Counted from the stretch's first letter, positions 25,740 through 39,710 are shown. The stretch is 64,000 nucleotides of DNA from Camelus ferus (GCF_009834535.1 NC_045696.1:4218001-4282000); one strand, 5' to 3'. Made by a program: numbers and translations. The notes: generated by a model from the letters alone, not told the origin.

Positions 25740-26500
25740 TTTTAGTGAGTTATTTATATACAATAAAAATGCAAGATCTTGGATTTTCCACTGGGGAGTT
25801 TGGACATGGTGTTTTCCCAAACCAAAATACAACAATTCTGATTATTCCCAAAAGGTTCCCTTATGTCCGTTTCCAGTCAATCCCTCCTGTTCCTCAGAGG
25901 CAACCACTTTCTGACTTTCTATCTCCATGGACTGGTTTCACCAGTTCTTGAACATTATTTAAATGGAATCATGCGTGTTGGGTTTTTTTGGGGGGGTGGG
26001 GGCTGGTGAGGGGAGGGTCTGGCTTCTACTCAGTATGTCTTTGGGCTTTTCTCATGTTGTCCTGCGTACAGGTGCTCTTCACCGTTGAGTAGGGTTCCCC
26101 TGCAGGAATACCACGACTGGTCCATCCTTCTCTTGATGGGCATCTGGTGGCTTCCAGTTTTAGGCTGCTATGACTAAGGCTGCCATGGACCTTCTTGTGC
26201 AAGTCATTCTGTGGACGTAGTTTCCATTTCTCTTAGGTAAATACCTAACAGTGAAACTTGTTGGGTCCTGGGCTAGATGGATTTTTAATGTTTTCTAAAA
26301 AACTGCCAAGCAGACCTCCAAAGTAGAGGTACCACTGTACTCTCCCACAAGCATTTATCAATAGTCCATTTTATCCAATAGCTCCATGGTGCTATTAGTC
26401 TTTTATAGTACAGCCATGCTAGTGGGTGTGGCATGGTATCTCACTGGGGTTTTGATGTGCAGTTCCCTAGTGGCCAGTGAGACTGAGCTGTTGCAGCGCC
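25740..26500 (-). mobile_element. Old L1M 3' region
   Basis: aaatggaatcat..., gatgggcatctgg..ttccagttttaggctgctatg..., catttctcttaggtaaatacct, tggtatctcactggggttttga. Confidence 0.75.
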
Positions 26501-26779
26501 TTTTAATTGTCTCACCCATCTTCCCCAGAAACAGTCGTGTCCATGGGGAGGTCCAGGCGTCTAGTATCCATCCTTCAATGCTCAGCCTCTACCCCAAGTC
26601 CAGACACATAGCCGACTGTTTACCAAATAAAGAAATCTTCTAGAAATAGACATAGAACACGAAAAATACAGCCCCAGAGATGGACACTCAAGGTTTCACG
26701 CAGGATAATCCCATCAACAGGGAAGCTGTAGTTTTTGTCAAGACCCGCAGGGGGGCCAAACCCAGTGTTCTCCAGCCTC

Positions 26780-27740
26780 CTCTGACTCAACCCATCAGCC
26801 GAATTTGACTCAGTCCCTCACTCCCTCCTCCTGGAAACGCGCTCTTCACTTTGGATCCCGGGACCCCTCGCTCTCCTAGTGCTCCTCCTCCACTTCTAAC
26901 CACCCATCTCAGGCTCGTTGCTGGGGTTCCCATCTCCCCCACATGCTGCAGCTTCCCGGGGGTTCAGCTCTGGCACCACTTCTGGGCTCCAGCCTCACTC
27001 CCTCTCTCGGTGACCCCATCGAGTCTCACAGCCTTAAGCACCTTCCATGTGCCCACGACTTCCCCAAGCTTCATCTCCAACCCAGGCCTCCCCTCTAAGC
27101 TCCAGGCTTTTCCTACTCAACACCCCCACCTGGATGTCGAATAGCCATCTGTTACGGGTTCAGTTGTGTCCCCAGAAAGATATGTTGAAGTCCTAAATGC
27201 CCAGGACCTCATCAGGTGACCTGACTTGGAAGCAGGGGTTTTGTAGATGTCTTCGAGCTCAGATGAGCTTAGAGGCCGGGTCCTAATCCAACATGACCCA
27301 TGTCCTTAGAAGAAGAGGCACAAGCCACGCAAAGACCAGACGCCCAGGGAGAAGGCCACCGGACGACAGAGGCAGCGATGGGCGCGATGGGAGATGCAGC
27401 TGCCGGCTAAGGACCGCAAGGGTGACCGGCCATCCCCAGAAGCTGGAAGAGGCAGGAAGGATTCTAATCAGAGTCTCAGAGGGAGTGTGGCCCCACTGAC
27501 ACCCCGATTCCAGACTTCTGGCCTCCCAAATTCCTGTGAGAGAAGGAATTTGTACTCTTTCAGACCAGTTCGTGGTACTTTGTTTCAGCAGGAAACAAAT
27601 ACACCCTCTCAAGTCCGATACATCCAGAACTGAACTCCCAGCTCCAAAACCTGTTGCAGCCCACAGATGTCCCCATCTCAGTGGACGGCGGCTTTGTCAC
27701 GTCGGCTCAGGGCAAACAGCTTGGCCTCGCCTGCCATGCT
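26780..27740 (+). mobile_element. L2 fragment split by the MLT1 LTR
   Basis: cacctggatgtcgaatagccatc | tcaagtccgatacatccagaactgaactc rejoins across the LTR. Confidence 0.7.
27150..27603 (+). mobile_element. MaLR solo LTR (MLT1C-like) inserted in an L2
   Basis: TG..CA ends (tgttacgggttcagttgtgtcccc...ggaaacaaataca); TSD CCATC/CCCTC. Confidence 0.88.
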
Positions 27741-27849
27741 TCCCTCTCCCCTGTGAACAGCTGAGCCTGAGTTCAGTAACACGGCTACGTGTTTTTCTTA
27801 ATCCAGTGACGCCCTGTGTCACATTTTCTGCTTTACTCCTGCCACGTAG

Positions 27850-28196
27850 TTTTCTGGGGGCCTCATGGGCAGGGATGATTGATCACCTCACTGGCCACTG
27901 GTGATTGATTTAACCTCCAACGGCTCTCCCCTCCCTGGGAATGAAGCTGGAAGGGCCCGATCTCTAGTCTCAGGGTTGGTTCCCCATCCTTAGGGCCTTT
28001 CCAAAAGCCAGCTCGTTGGCATAACTCAGGGCTGCCAGGAAGGGGCTTTTTCTGAATAACAAAAGACCTTTATCACTCTTGTTGCTGAGGAACTTCCAAG
28101 GGTTTCAGGAGCCCTATGCCCGGAGTGGGGATGAAGATCAAATACAGATTTCTTTGTATAAAGATGTATTTGTTCATATAAGTCACAACATCACAC
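27850..28196 (-). mobile_element. MER21-family LTR fragment
   Basis: gatgattgat..tggccactggtgattga..ctctcccctccc; gaataacaaaagac; ttccaagggtttcaggagc. Confidence 0.75.
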
Positions 28197-31100
28197 AGGG
28201 GTGATGGGAAACCAGCAAGGTCCAGAACCTCACCCATCGTTTAAGTAAAGTTCCAAAACGCTGTGTGTCAAGCCTGAGGCTGCTGTCCTGCCAGCAGACA
28301 GAGTCCCAGCTGACCTGATAATCCATGTGACTCACAGGGCCCTGCGTCCTCAGCCCGGTTTCCATGTCCTGGATTTAAATGGTTCCTGAAGGCAAGATGA
28401 GCTTTCAAAGTTGCTTGGGTGAAAATAGTAGAGAGGTGAAGAAGAAAGGGAAAAAAAACAACAGAATTCCTTCATGGGGCAAATCAGGAAATTTCGAACC
28501 TTTAAAAGAAGTGTGTGAAACAATCAGATAAGACACATCAGCCCCGCCCCCCCCCAAAGATACCCGATTGCATAACTGGTGAGAAATACTTTTTCTCAGT
28601 CATTGAAAGTCACGAATAATAAAAGCTGCAGATCCTGCACAAGGACGCCATGCTGCTTTTACAAGCCTTTCCGGGGTCTCACTGGGAGACAGCCCAGCAG
28701 GATGCGTGTGGAAAGGCCAGGCCTCCTGGCAGCCCGGGCTCCCAGCTAGCGCTCCACATACTGGAGGCTGCTGCACAGCCAGTCACGGGCAAGGCAAACA
28801 GGACTCCTTTCCTGGGGATAATGGCTCCGGTGACCAGGGACTTTCTCTGCAAGCATTTCCTCGGGGTGGAATTCCACCCACCGCCTCCACATCACAGCAG
28901 GACCCAGTCCCCTTACACACCCCTGTCCTCACTTCTGCCACACTGCACATCGTGCCCCCTCACAGAGGCAGGCGACACAAAACAAAGTCACACCAAAACA
29001 CAGACGGCATTCTTTGACACAGAGGACTTCTAAGTGCCCAGGCATTCAGCACCAGCAGACTTCTCCAGCTGTTTCAACAGAAATCAGCTTTCAAGAAGAT
29101 TCAATTCGGAGTCATGGCTTGGCCAAGCTGGTCCCCACCCCGGCTCTTCCTAGAGCATATGATTAGAGGAGAGAGATGGCCCCATAAACGAAGCAGCCGC
29201 AGAGTTGGGCAAGGAATGGATTTCCAGGGAGCAGTAAAGCCTCTGAGTTGGGCTTCAGGTAACGAACGTCTGAGCTGCAAACGAGCCAACAGTTTTTTCT
29301 GTGTGATGACCTGGAAACAGACATTTCTCACGTTGACTTCTTGCCAGGGCCACAGCTTCCCTTTTGCAAGTCCTAGTCTCAACCACAATGGGAAAAAAAA
29401 TGCAGTTACTTGTCCTATAAACTTTACAGGATCCACCCTGAAGCCAGTGACATGTGAAGGCTCAGAGCGCAGGCGCCTCCTGGCCACCTCGCCCTGCTCC
29501 ACATGCACAATATCACCTGCTGAGTCCTTTACCCTGGGGATTTCCAACATCATCTCCTGCCTCCTCGGGTTCCACTCCAGGCAGACACAACAGTCCAACC
29601 CTGGAGGACATCGTTCAGCCCCATAAAGGGACACTGAAAATACATACATAGTCTCGAATTCGGGAAATGTTTTGCACTTTCGAAACCCAACTGAAAATGA
29701 CTCAGAAGCAGTGTAAGGAACAGCATCCTCGCTTGACAACAAGAAATGCAGAAATGCCGGGGTGGGGGGTGTGGAAGCCCCACTTCCTTCCCAACACCAA
29801 GCAGCCCACAGAGCCAAGAACCCAGCAGCGAAGTACGAAGTGCCTACCTGCCTGTCCTCAAAAGCTACCCATGATCCAAACCATAAGACCTACAGAGGTT
29901 TGGAATCACAGGAGTTGATGGGACACATTTACTGTCCACTTTTTAAAAACAGCAAAACCCAAACACTCTTCCTGGAGCTACTGCTTCTTCACAGCCGAGC
30001 ATCAGTGGGCTTGCCTCATCTCAATTCTTGCCTTTCTCTCCACAGTCTGCTGACAGGCGGCTTCTGCCTCACCCCTCCAGGGCCGGCCAAGCCCACCAAG
30101 GACCTCCGTGCTTTTAACCCATGGTCACTTGCGAACGCTCTGCTATGTGGTCTGGCCTGCACGCAGCACCGTCCACCACTGACCAGTCCCTCCTGGAAGC
30201 TTCAGAAGCTCCTGGTTTTCTCGCCACGGCCCCTCCTTCTCAGTCTCTGTTGCAGACACCTCCTTCCTCTAACTGTGCTCTTGGAAACACCTAACAGGCT
30301 GTTCCTGAGAATCCCACGTCCCCAGCCTGATGCATCATTTTCACACTGGAGCCTTTCTTCTCCCTAGAACACCCCAGCACAGGGCACCGCCGTGAGAGCA
30401 GGGTGGGGTGGGGGGAACATGGAGTTATGGGCCTCACCCATCAGTACCTTGGACAGCGCCCAAGGCAGTCGCCGAGTAAAGGGGAAAGCTGGGACTAAGA
30501 GACTTGCACCGAAGGTGGATTAACAGGAGAGACTGCATGTTCCAGGGAAACAGAATGTGTTTATTCACTTATAAAAGCAACCTGCACGGTACACCAACCA
30601 ATTATACTCATAACTTGGAGACGGCAAAAGACCTTAGATGATCGCTTCCGGAGGACAAGAAGGACAATGTGTGGAAATTCTATTATCCTTCAAACGAAGA
30701 CTTTCTTCTTTGAAAGATGCCTCTTTGATAATACTCTCCAATTCCAGCAGTCCCACTCAAACTTGCAGAATGGGATTTTATAAAATAATCACGAAACGAG
30801 GACAGCCGTTACACACAAATTACTAGTGAGTGGGAACCAGATACCTTTCAAAGATGAACAGCTGTATCTCCGTGTCAGGAGGGCAGTCCTGTCTTCATGT
30901 CACCATGGCTCTTCACTTTGCTGAGCAGTGACGGAGCGTGCGGCGTCTGGGACCAAGTGGCGGTCCACCGCGCCCGAGCCTGTGCGGGGCAGTCCTTCTC
31001 CTGCCCTGCCTCTCTGCTCCCTCATCTAGGAAGCAGGTAACTGACCTACATGCAACTTTCAGCGGGAGGCAGGGAAACCTGAGGTCAGCTGTTGACATAA

Positions 31101-34100
31101 ACTCCATAACAATCCCAATGGCTGATTCTGGAGCAATTCGAATCTAAGAGATTCTCCAGGAAAATTCCTTCAGGAACATTCTTGGGGACGGTCAAGACTT
31201 CACCACCATGCCTTGCTCTGCCTGGACAAAGCTTACTTGTTTTTAAAGTGGCCCACCTTGTGGGGTTTCATGTTCCTCGTTTTGTTTTGACATAATTGGA
31301 AGCCACCTCTCACGCTGTCTGCCAGGCAGCAGAGGGTAAGTACAAACCACAGACACTGCTGTCTTTGAGACCCAGGCTGTCTCACGCCCTCCAAAGGCCT
31401 TTCATCTTCAGCCCTGATTCATTCTTCTCCCCTGACAGTCGTGCCCTGAGTTTTGGCCCCTTGGTTGCCTGATATCTTTTCTGGCCTCTCATTTCTCCAA
31501 AGTGCACATCTTTCCTCTCAATGAGCTTGTAAGTTGCTTGAGAGCAAACCATTTTTTCTTAGTCTCTTTAGGACTGTCTCCATTAATGACTGCCTCTAAT
31601 AGGAATTCGCTAATCACCATAAGGTGGGGAAGAAGCAGGCATGAGCTCCGCCCAGGCGTGGAAAGCTGACAAAGGCGGCCAACCTGCCAATAAGCTGGAG
31701 TTCACCCAGCCAAACTCCTGCTACGGTTGTGCACAGACTTCATTTAGCTTTTCTAGACTTGGCGAGGGTGGCTAACTTAACTTCCCAGCTGCTGTCTCCA
31801 ACAGTCACAGGCTTCCTCTTAGATATCCAAAGCTAACCAGAGTTAGGAGGGAGGGGATGAGCAGGGTGCCCCCCACATGCCTGGCACTCACGCCAGCTGC
31901 GGGGGCTCTCCCAGCATCCAGGGCAGGCCTGAAGGGCCAGGGAGTGAGCACTCGCTCCTGGGAACAGCCCTGAACCCCCCCACATGACAGCTGATGGATG
32001 AAGGCTTCCACCTCCTTGATCCCCAGGTGGACAGCCCTGCACTGCCTCCCAGGAGGCCCCATAGGAGGCCCTGAATTAGCCTTCTCCTCCTTGCTGCCTC
32101 ACTGCCCCGTCCCCACCAGTGTCTCAGGGTAGAGAGGAACAAGGGAAGGCTGGCTCACACAGACCTTGCCTAATGCCCCGCAGAGTCCAACATCCCTCGA
32201 ACAAGCTACCACACCACAGCCTCGCCACCCAGTTGACACTTAGTGCACACCTCCCGCTGTCCCTCCTAAACTCTGCATTGGGCAACAGCCCCACAGAAAG
32301 CCACTTGCTAATTGCCGGACTAAGGTAAAAGGTTGTATGAAAGGGCAGCACTGTTTAGGCATCCAGTCAGGGACAGCAGCCTGAGATGTCTCAGATATCA
32401 CTGCCTCTTTTTCAGCAGGTTAATAGATAGGAAAATTAGCAGATCATTTAAATAACAGCTCGTTTAACACAACGATTCCTAATTACATTAGCAGCCCATC
32501 TGCTGAAGTCTGCCGGCAAGCGGAGCCCCCAGCAGCGGGATCCTCCCCGGCCCAGCTGCACGGGGCTGTTTGCCCACAGTTACCACATGTGATGCAGGCA
32601 CTGATCCTGTTAATCAGGTTTGCTCAGCGCTTCGATGGTGGAAATGAATCTCATTTACTTAAACACGTCTTGTTGAAGGAAGTGAAAATAATTGCCACAC
32701 GCCATTTCTCCACGTTCTAAAATTAAGGTTGTTTTTATAGAGAAGGAAGAAAAAAAAATCATTTTGCAAGGGCTCCGCTTAACCCAAACAGCTGTTACAG
32801 AAGTCAGCGACAGGGGCTTAATTACACACCGTTCAGGGGCGGGGTGGAGGGGGGGTATGCGTGTGCGTGTGTGAGTGCGTGTGTGTGTGCATGCATGTGT
32901 GCACATGGGCTTCCCTCTTACAGACGGGGCTCTTACTAGAAAAACACAGTCCAGAGACCCGCAGATTCCCTGGCTCCTGGGAAGACCGCAGCTGCCAAGC
33001 GGCTGCTGGAGAGAGGACGGGCACCAGCTTGGCTGCCTGACCCGAACGTGGTGACGGCTTTCCTGAACGCTTAGGGCTTGGCAGGTTAGGACTGGCTGGG
33101 GAGGTTGGGGGTGTAGGAGGGCTGGTGTGGGTGTCTCTGTTTTAGAAAACTAAAAGTCACCCTGAAATCAATCCTTCTGGACATGGGAGCTGCCACTACC
33201 TTTGCAGCTGACACCTGTCACTGGGGTAACAGGCCAGTTACTGGAGGTAGGGGTGGCCCCCGTCTGAGTTGTCAAACTTTTCAAACAACCCATCCCTCTT
33301 AGGATGAACGGAGAGGCTGGATCTCTGAGGTGGGGGAGGCTTTATCACAGACCCATGGCTGATGCCCTTAAATGTGCTGTGACCATGTCTCTTCACAGGA
33401 GGCTGGTTTCAAGTTCATTTCCTACCTGTGGTCCCAGGACACACCCTGTACTTTCTCCAAAGCAGAGGAGCATGAAAAAAGGAAGGTTTTTGCTGTCTCT
33501 TAGACCTGGATTTGAACTTTGGCTTAGCCTCCTACCCGCTGTGGAAGCGGCGTAAAGCACCATTTCTGAGCCTCGGTGTAAGGGAGGGTGGTCCCTGGGG
33601 GGGGGGGCCGCCAAGAGTGCCACTTTGAGGGGTCCAGGAGATGATGTATGTGTGATGCACCCAAAGTGGTTCCTGGCACCTCGGGGTGGTTCAATTTCTC
33701 AGACAGGGGCAATGTGACGTTTCTTCTCGCTGCGGGGCTGACATCTCAGATACCTCACTGCGCCAAACACGACACGCATCGGATTCCCCAGCAGACTTTC
33801 ACTGCAAGTCTCCGCACTGCAGCTAGTCTGGACGCAGCCCAGAAGTGATGTGCACACGCTCCAGAATGGACACTGTGTATTTAGCGGTCAGTCCCCTGGT
33901 GCACAGCGGATGGTCCTGCGGCAGGTGATGGACGTGACCGCGTGTCAGCAGCACCGGCAGCAGCTGGGACAAGGCAGGGATCTGCCCAGGGGTGCTCAGA
34001 TACAAGGCCACAAATGCTGTTTTCACTAGGCTGGCCTTTTCTTCCTCACCCTGGTGAGCAGCATCCCCACCCCCAATGCCCAAGCTCCCTCGTTCCCTTC

Positions 34101-35879
34101 CCGTGCTCTCTGCCTCCACTTGCAGGAGTCTGTGTGTCCTATCAATCTACTTCCAGAATATTCCTGGAGCTGGCTGTGTTCCTCTCTCTCCCCTTCCACC
34201 TCCTTGGATCACCCCAGTGATCTTCATGTGGCTAGCTCTGAGCGCAGTGCCTGGCACAGTGAGTGCTCCGTAAAGGTTGTTGAATGAATGAGTGAATGAA
34301 TGGTGCCCAACATCACTGAGGCCATCCTGTCCCAGGAGACTCAAGTCCAGTCAGTGTCAGCTTTCTGGCTGGCTTTTCTCAGGGTCCAAGCCTTCCCGGG
34401 GCTTTGGTGAGCTCCAAGGTCTCCCAAGCGCAGCGTCTCCTAAGCTCTGAGGACAATTTTGAACAGTGTGGTAACGGCATCAGAGTGCACCTGAGAAAGA
34501 CGAGAAGACCGTCCTCTAAACCCACCGCCTGATGAAGCTGCATCTGTAAACTCTCCAGCTCTGGGTCACATCCTCGCAAGTGAGTACCAACCCCGGGCTT
34601 TTTCACGTAATAGTCGGAAGCTCCAGGCATCCGTTTAGGCTGCTGGGAATCAGAGGCGACACCCGCACACAAGTCTAGGTGTGACGACGCAGCCGGGCTG
34701 CTCCTGGACCAGCAGAGGCAGGGTCAGAACCCAGTGCCACTTCACCCCTGGGCTCAGAGCTGAGTCCCCAGCATCGCAGGTGAAGAAGGCGCCTGGTTGT
34801 TTGCCAAGAGGCTACACGGGGTGGCACTGTCTCCAGGGATCACAACAGCCAGCGCCTGGTTCTCTGCCTCTTGGACGGAGAAGCCAAGGATGGACTGAGA
34901 GGGGAGCCACTGTAAGCCGCCTCACGTCCACCAAGCTTCTGGAAGTGAGAGTCGGAAGCCAGAAAGTCCCTGTAAGTTTACAAGGGGATATTCAGAGACA
35001 GGTGGGCTGGGTGCTTCTGTCTGCTTTGCCAGCCCCTCTGTCTCTGGAGGCAAACTCGGGAGGGGGGTAGGGATGGGGAGAAAGAATGCAAGGGACAGCT
35101 TTTCTATGGAGGATGCCAAGGCCCCAGGGACCTCCCTGGGCTGCAGAGCTTCCCTCAGCCTCTGAGGCTACACAATCTACCTGCTGGCAGAATGCAGCCC
35201 CACTGATTGAAGAGTGAAGATGGATATTTAAACAGACGTGGCTTGGGAGTCACAAGGCTGGACCTCATCACTGCCAGTAAAACGAATGATCCTTTTTCCC
35301 ACTGAAAGGAAAGTGCAAGCTGAACTGCTTCTCAGAAAACACTACTAAAAAAGGACAGAAGCAGGCCTGTCCCACATTCTGGTGATGGGGCGGGGAGGGG
35401 CCAAGTAGGGAAGTGTCTGTCAACAGAGGGGAAAGCTAAACTTTTCCTCCCCGAAGGGTTAACTAAGGCTGCCCCCCAAAGCCCATCACACATTTCCAGG
35501 GATTTGAGAAGACATCATTTTAGCTAGAAATTGGTTCTTTCTGCACATTTTCCAAAGGACTTTAAATAGATTCTCATCAAAGGTGTAATGTCTTAACTCT
35601 TAAGACGTTTCTGGAGTTTCACGAAATTTTCTCTTTTGCTCAAGAGTTGATAACTGCAAACAGAAAGTCATTTCAGATCTGAACTTTCAGAAAAAAAAAG
35701 ACACAGGATTAACTTCATCCTGGTTCCCAACATTCAAATATTGTTAGAATTTTCAGTAATATTAAAAAAAAAACAACGAAGATACAGCATGCAGTCGCTG
35801 GAGCAACAGGTAAGATTTTCAAGTTACTATTATTATAAAATGGCTACTCCTCGGTATGATTCCAGGTGTTCAAACTCAT

Positions 35880-36410
35880 TTTTTAACGGTAGTAAAACAC
35901 GTATAATGTGAAATATCCCATCTTAACCAACTTTTAGTGTACAGTTCGGCAGCATTAAGATGCTCACATTGTTGCTGATATCACCACCATCCAGCTCCAG
36001 AACTTTCCATCATCTCAAGCAGACACTCTACCCACTAAACAGCTAACTCCCTGTTTCCCGCTCTCCCAGCCCCCAGGAAACCACCTTTCTACTTTCTCTC
36101 TGTTAATTTGACTCCTCTCAGGGACCTCTCTTAGGTGGAATCCAGTATTTGTCCTTTTGCGACTGGCTTATTTCACTTAGCATAATGTCCTCAAGGTTCA
36201 TGCAAGTTGTGGCATGAGTCAGAACGTCCTTCCCTTTTAAGGTTGAATAATATTCCATTGTATGCATAGTCCACGTTTTTTTTTTTTTTTTTGGCCTTTT
36301 ATCCATCAATGGACACTTGGGTTACTTCCACCCTTTGGCTATTGTGAATAATGCAGCCGTGAACAGAGGTATATAAATATCTCTTTGAAATCCTGTTTGG
36401 ATTCTCTTGG
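35880..36410 (-). mobile_element. Old L1MB-type 3' end
   Basis: Reverse-complement L1 3' sequence; ORF 36118..36309 gives HTMEYYSTLK...MNLEDIMLSEISQSQKDKY. Confidence 0.88.
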
Positions 36411-37899
36411 GAAGATTCAGTTTTCAATAAATACTTGGTAAGCAGCTACCATGTGCCTGGGCCATGGAGACAGAAGGGGCCCCTCATGGAATTCACCACC
36501 TCACGTCTAGACCACAGATTGGCCTTTTCTTCAATGATAGTTTTCAGTCTCTGTTGAATTGGCTATAGGACTAAGTCACAAGTAACTATAACTTATTTGA
36601 GGTTTTCCTTCTGAATTTAAAGTTTAATTTCTAAGCCCATTCCCACACCAATCAACACACTGAAAAGTAACTCCCTCTGTTTACGATGATGTTTGTCAAG
36701 GTTCTATAATCGATTTTAATACTGTGTAAACACAAAAGGATGAGGAAAGTAAATTTCCTAAAGGGTGATGGACTGCCAGTCACACAGCCCATGATTGTGG
36801 ATGGAGCACACAGATGGCTAAATCATGACCTCACTGTACGTGACACTGACCCGCCAAAGGCCTTGTGAGGTTGGTCTGCTGGAGTTTATATGAAATAAAC
36901 TCCGTGTACATGTAGGGAAAATACACGTACAACACTATCATTAAGTGCTTTGAAAGCAGAAAATGTGATTTAAGCCCCAAGTACCACGAGGGTGCAGACA
37001 CCTTCTGACGCAGTGATGGCTGCACGCGGCCAGTGTCGCTGGTGATGACTGATGACCTAACACATCCGCATGCATCTCCTGTGTGGAGGCTGTGACCTCG
37101 CCTTCACAGCGACCTCTTCTTAAAATCTAAAATGGTATCTCCACGTTACAGAACCTCTTCACAGACTCATCCGGTCCACCCAAACTTGGAAAGTAAGACA
37201 CAAAAAAGCCATTGTTTTCAGATCTGCTACCCTTTTCAGCCCAGCCATTTACGAAACAGGCTATTTCTGTGTGGTCTGTAAAGACTTTGATGTTTTTTTC
37301 TTATTAAACACATGAGGGAAAAAAAGGTTTTAATAGGCATATAGCGATCAAAGATATCATTCTCTGCTAAAAAGATTTTTTAAAGGCCTTCCAAGTAAAT
37401 TCCTCTTAGGAAAGACATTAACTCTCCGCTGATCTCCGCATATTTACGGTGTCCAGGTATGTTGAATGTATGCTTGCCCAGGAGAGAAATGACAGAGGCG
37501 TCCTCTGTGGTGCCCATGCCAGCACAACACAGATGTTTTCCTAATTAGGGTGTAGAACCGTCACATGGAAATCTTCCAGAACATTTCAGGGATGGGAAAA
37601 ACTAAGACAAAACTGCAACATATTAACCTTGGCAAAATCTCCACCACACTCGAGAGCTCTTGTGTAACATCATTAAATACGACCAAGGACCGACACAAAG
37701 TAGAGGCAGCTCCACCTCCTCCCAAGTCCAACCTCTTCCATGGGCACTGGACCCAGCCCACCACCCTCTCAGGACACCACAGCCCCAAGTGCCCCGTCTC
37801 CCCTCTGCGTCATCAGTTTTCCCTCCTCTACCAGCACCCCCCCACCTGCTGACAAGCAGGTTGTTACATTTCCCATCTTAAGAAAGACAAGGCGCAAGT

Positions 37900-38900
37900 T
37901 TCTTCATCCCACGTCTTCCTCCCACCCCGGCCCCTTTTCTCTGCACTCCTGTTACAATAAAGCCCCTAAAAGAGTTGACTGCTCTCAGTCTCCAAATCCT
38001 CCCTTGTTTGCACTTGAACTCACCACCCCTGTGGAAACAGCTCTGCTCTACGCCAACCATGATCCTCATGTGCCTGAGCTGACCATCAGCTGACCCGTTG
38101 TGGGATCTGGTACTGATGACAACTGGGCTTCCAGCCATACCTCCTTCTAGCCTCCTCTCATCTGATTCCTCCTCCCCTCCCCGACCTCGGAGCTTTGGAG
38201 TATCTCAGCAAACTCGTCCTTGGAGCCCACCACCTCCTCTGTCTAGACCCACCCCACGGGGATTGCATCCAGTCTCACGACTTTCCATGTCTCCCCTGCA
38301 CAAGGGGCTCTCAGATTTAAACCTCCATCTGAGACCTCTTGCTTGAACTCCAGACATGCATTCAGCTGCTACTGGCCACCCACCTTGGATGTTACAAAAG
38401 GCATCTCAATTTGGCTTTTCTGAAACTAAACTCCTAATATACCTAGTGAACCATGTAATATTTGTCAACAGAATGCCACCCCTCTTTTTCCTTACCTCCT
38501 CTCCCACAACTCACCCACTACACTCCTGACTAGAGATGCCTTGGGGTTCCTCCAAAGGCAAGCACACACTCTTCTCAAGCAGCGCCTTTGCACTGGATGT
38601 TCCTTCTGCTGGGAACACCCTCCCCCACACCCCTCACTCCCTCTTTCTTTACATCTCAGATCCCTGTCAGCAGCACCTTCCCCGGCCACCCTACAGAAGT
38701 AAGTACCACTTCCCCCTCCCAGCGTGGCTGCTCCCACGTTTTAGTGTCGTAACATCTACCGCCATCCAATACATATATTCACTTGATTTGTCCATCTTTC
38801 CAAGATAAAAGGTAAGATATGAGGAGGCAGGACCATGTCCCTGCAGGTCACTGCTGCATCCTCCACGCCCAGAACAGGGCCAGGCAAGCAAGTGCACACC
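37900..38900 (+). mobile_element. Fragmented L2
   Basis: tgaactccagacatgcatt..., ggcatctcaatt..aaactaaactcct, gcctttgcactggatgttccttctgctgggaacaccctcccc. Confidence 0.65.
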
Positions 38901-39710
38901 GACTAATGGCTGCGGGCGTTTAGTCACATGTGAACTACAGAAACTGCCTTAACAAAATGGTGACCGACCTCAGCCACTAGACTAGATTTTCCTTAAATAC
39001 AAAAACTGAAGAACCGAAATGAACCTTAGAGGTCACTGTTTTGTCACTGGAATCACTTCTAGGAATTAAAACAACATAGGGAATCTCCAGTGCAAAGAAT
39101 GGAGTCTGGAGTTCACACACTTCAATAGGCCCCAGATGGCTAATGACCAGCCAGGAACGGGGACCACGGATGCGGACCAGCCTCCCGGTAAGGTGGCACT
39201 GCTGTCAGGACCGCCCTGACGGGCAGCCGCCTTTCCGCCCAACGCCGCAGTGATGGGAGGCTCACTGCCCTGTGCCCTCGCTTGTCAGAGGCTCAGGGCA
39301 GTGATTCTGGAATGCGCTTCCTTTCTGAGGTTAATTCAGCAAATATTTTTGAGGACCTCCCCTGTGCCAGGTGTGGTACGCCATCCTGGGATGGAGGGTT
39401 AGCAAGAGGGACTTGGTGCCGGTCCTCGGGGAGCTTCCTGTCGGCTAAATAGTCCCCCGTTCCCACTGCTTCCCGGCGGACCCAGCCTGCCCTCTGCAGC
39501 AGCGACCCGTGAGGCAGCTGATGGGCTCTCTGAAGGGTGGGAGGGTGTGCCTCCACAGAGCCGATGGCGCCCCTCCCCTGGCGGGGGGTGGGGGGAGGGG
39601 GCGGGATGTGCATCTCCCTGGAATCTTCCAAGAATTGGTCATGTGACATGACCTCCTGCTCCTTCCCCACCACAGTAGCTTCTCAGAGTCCCATTTACAG
39701 TAAACATCCC

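Noticed and set aside
29101..30367. Long intronic ORFs (238, 170 and 201 aa)
   Set aside because: No recognisable domain; overlapping on opposite strands; composition typical of non-coding DNA.
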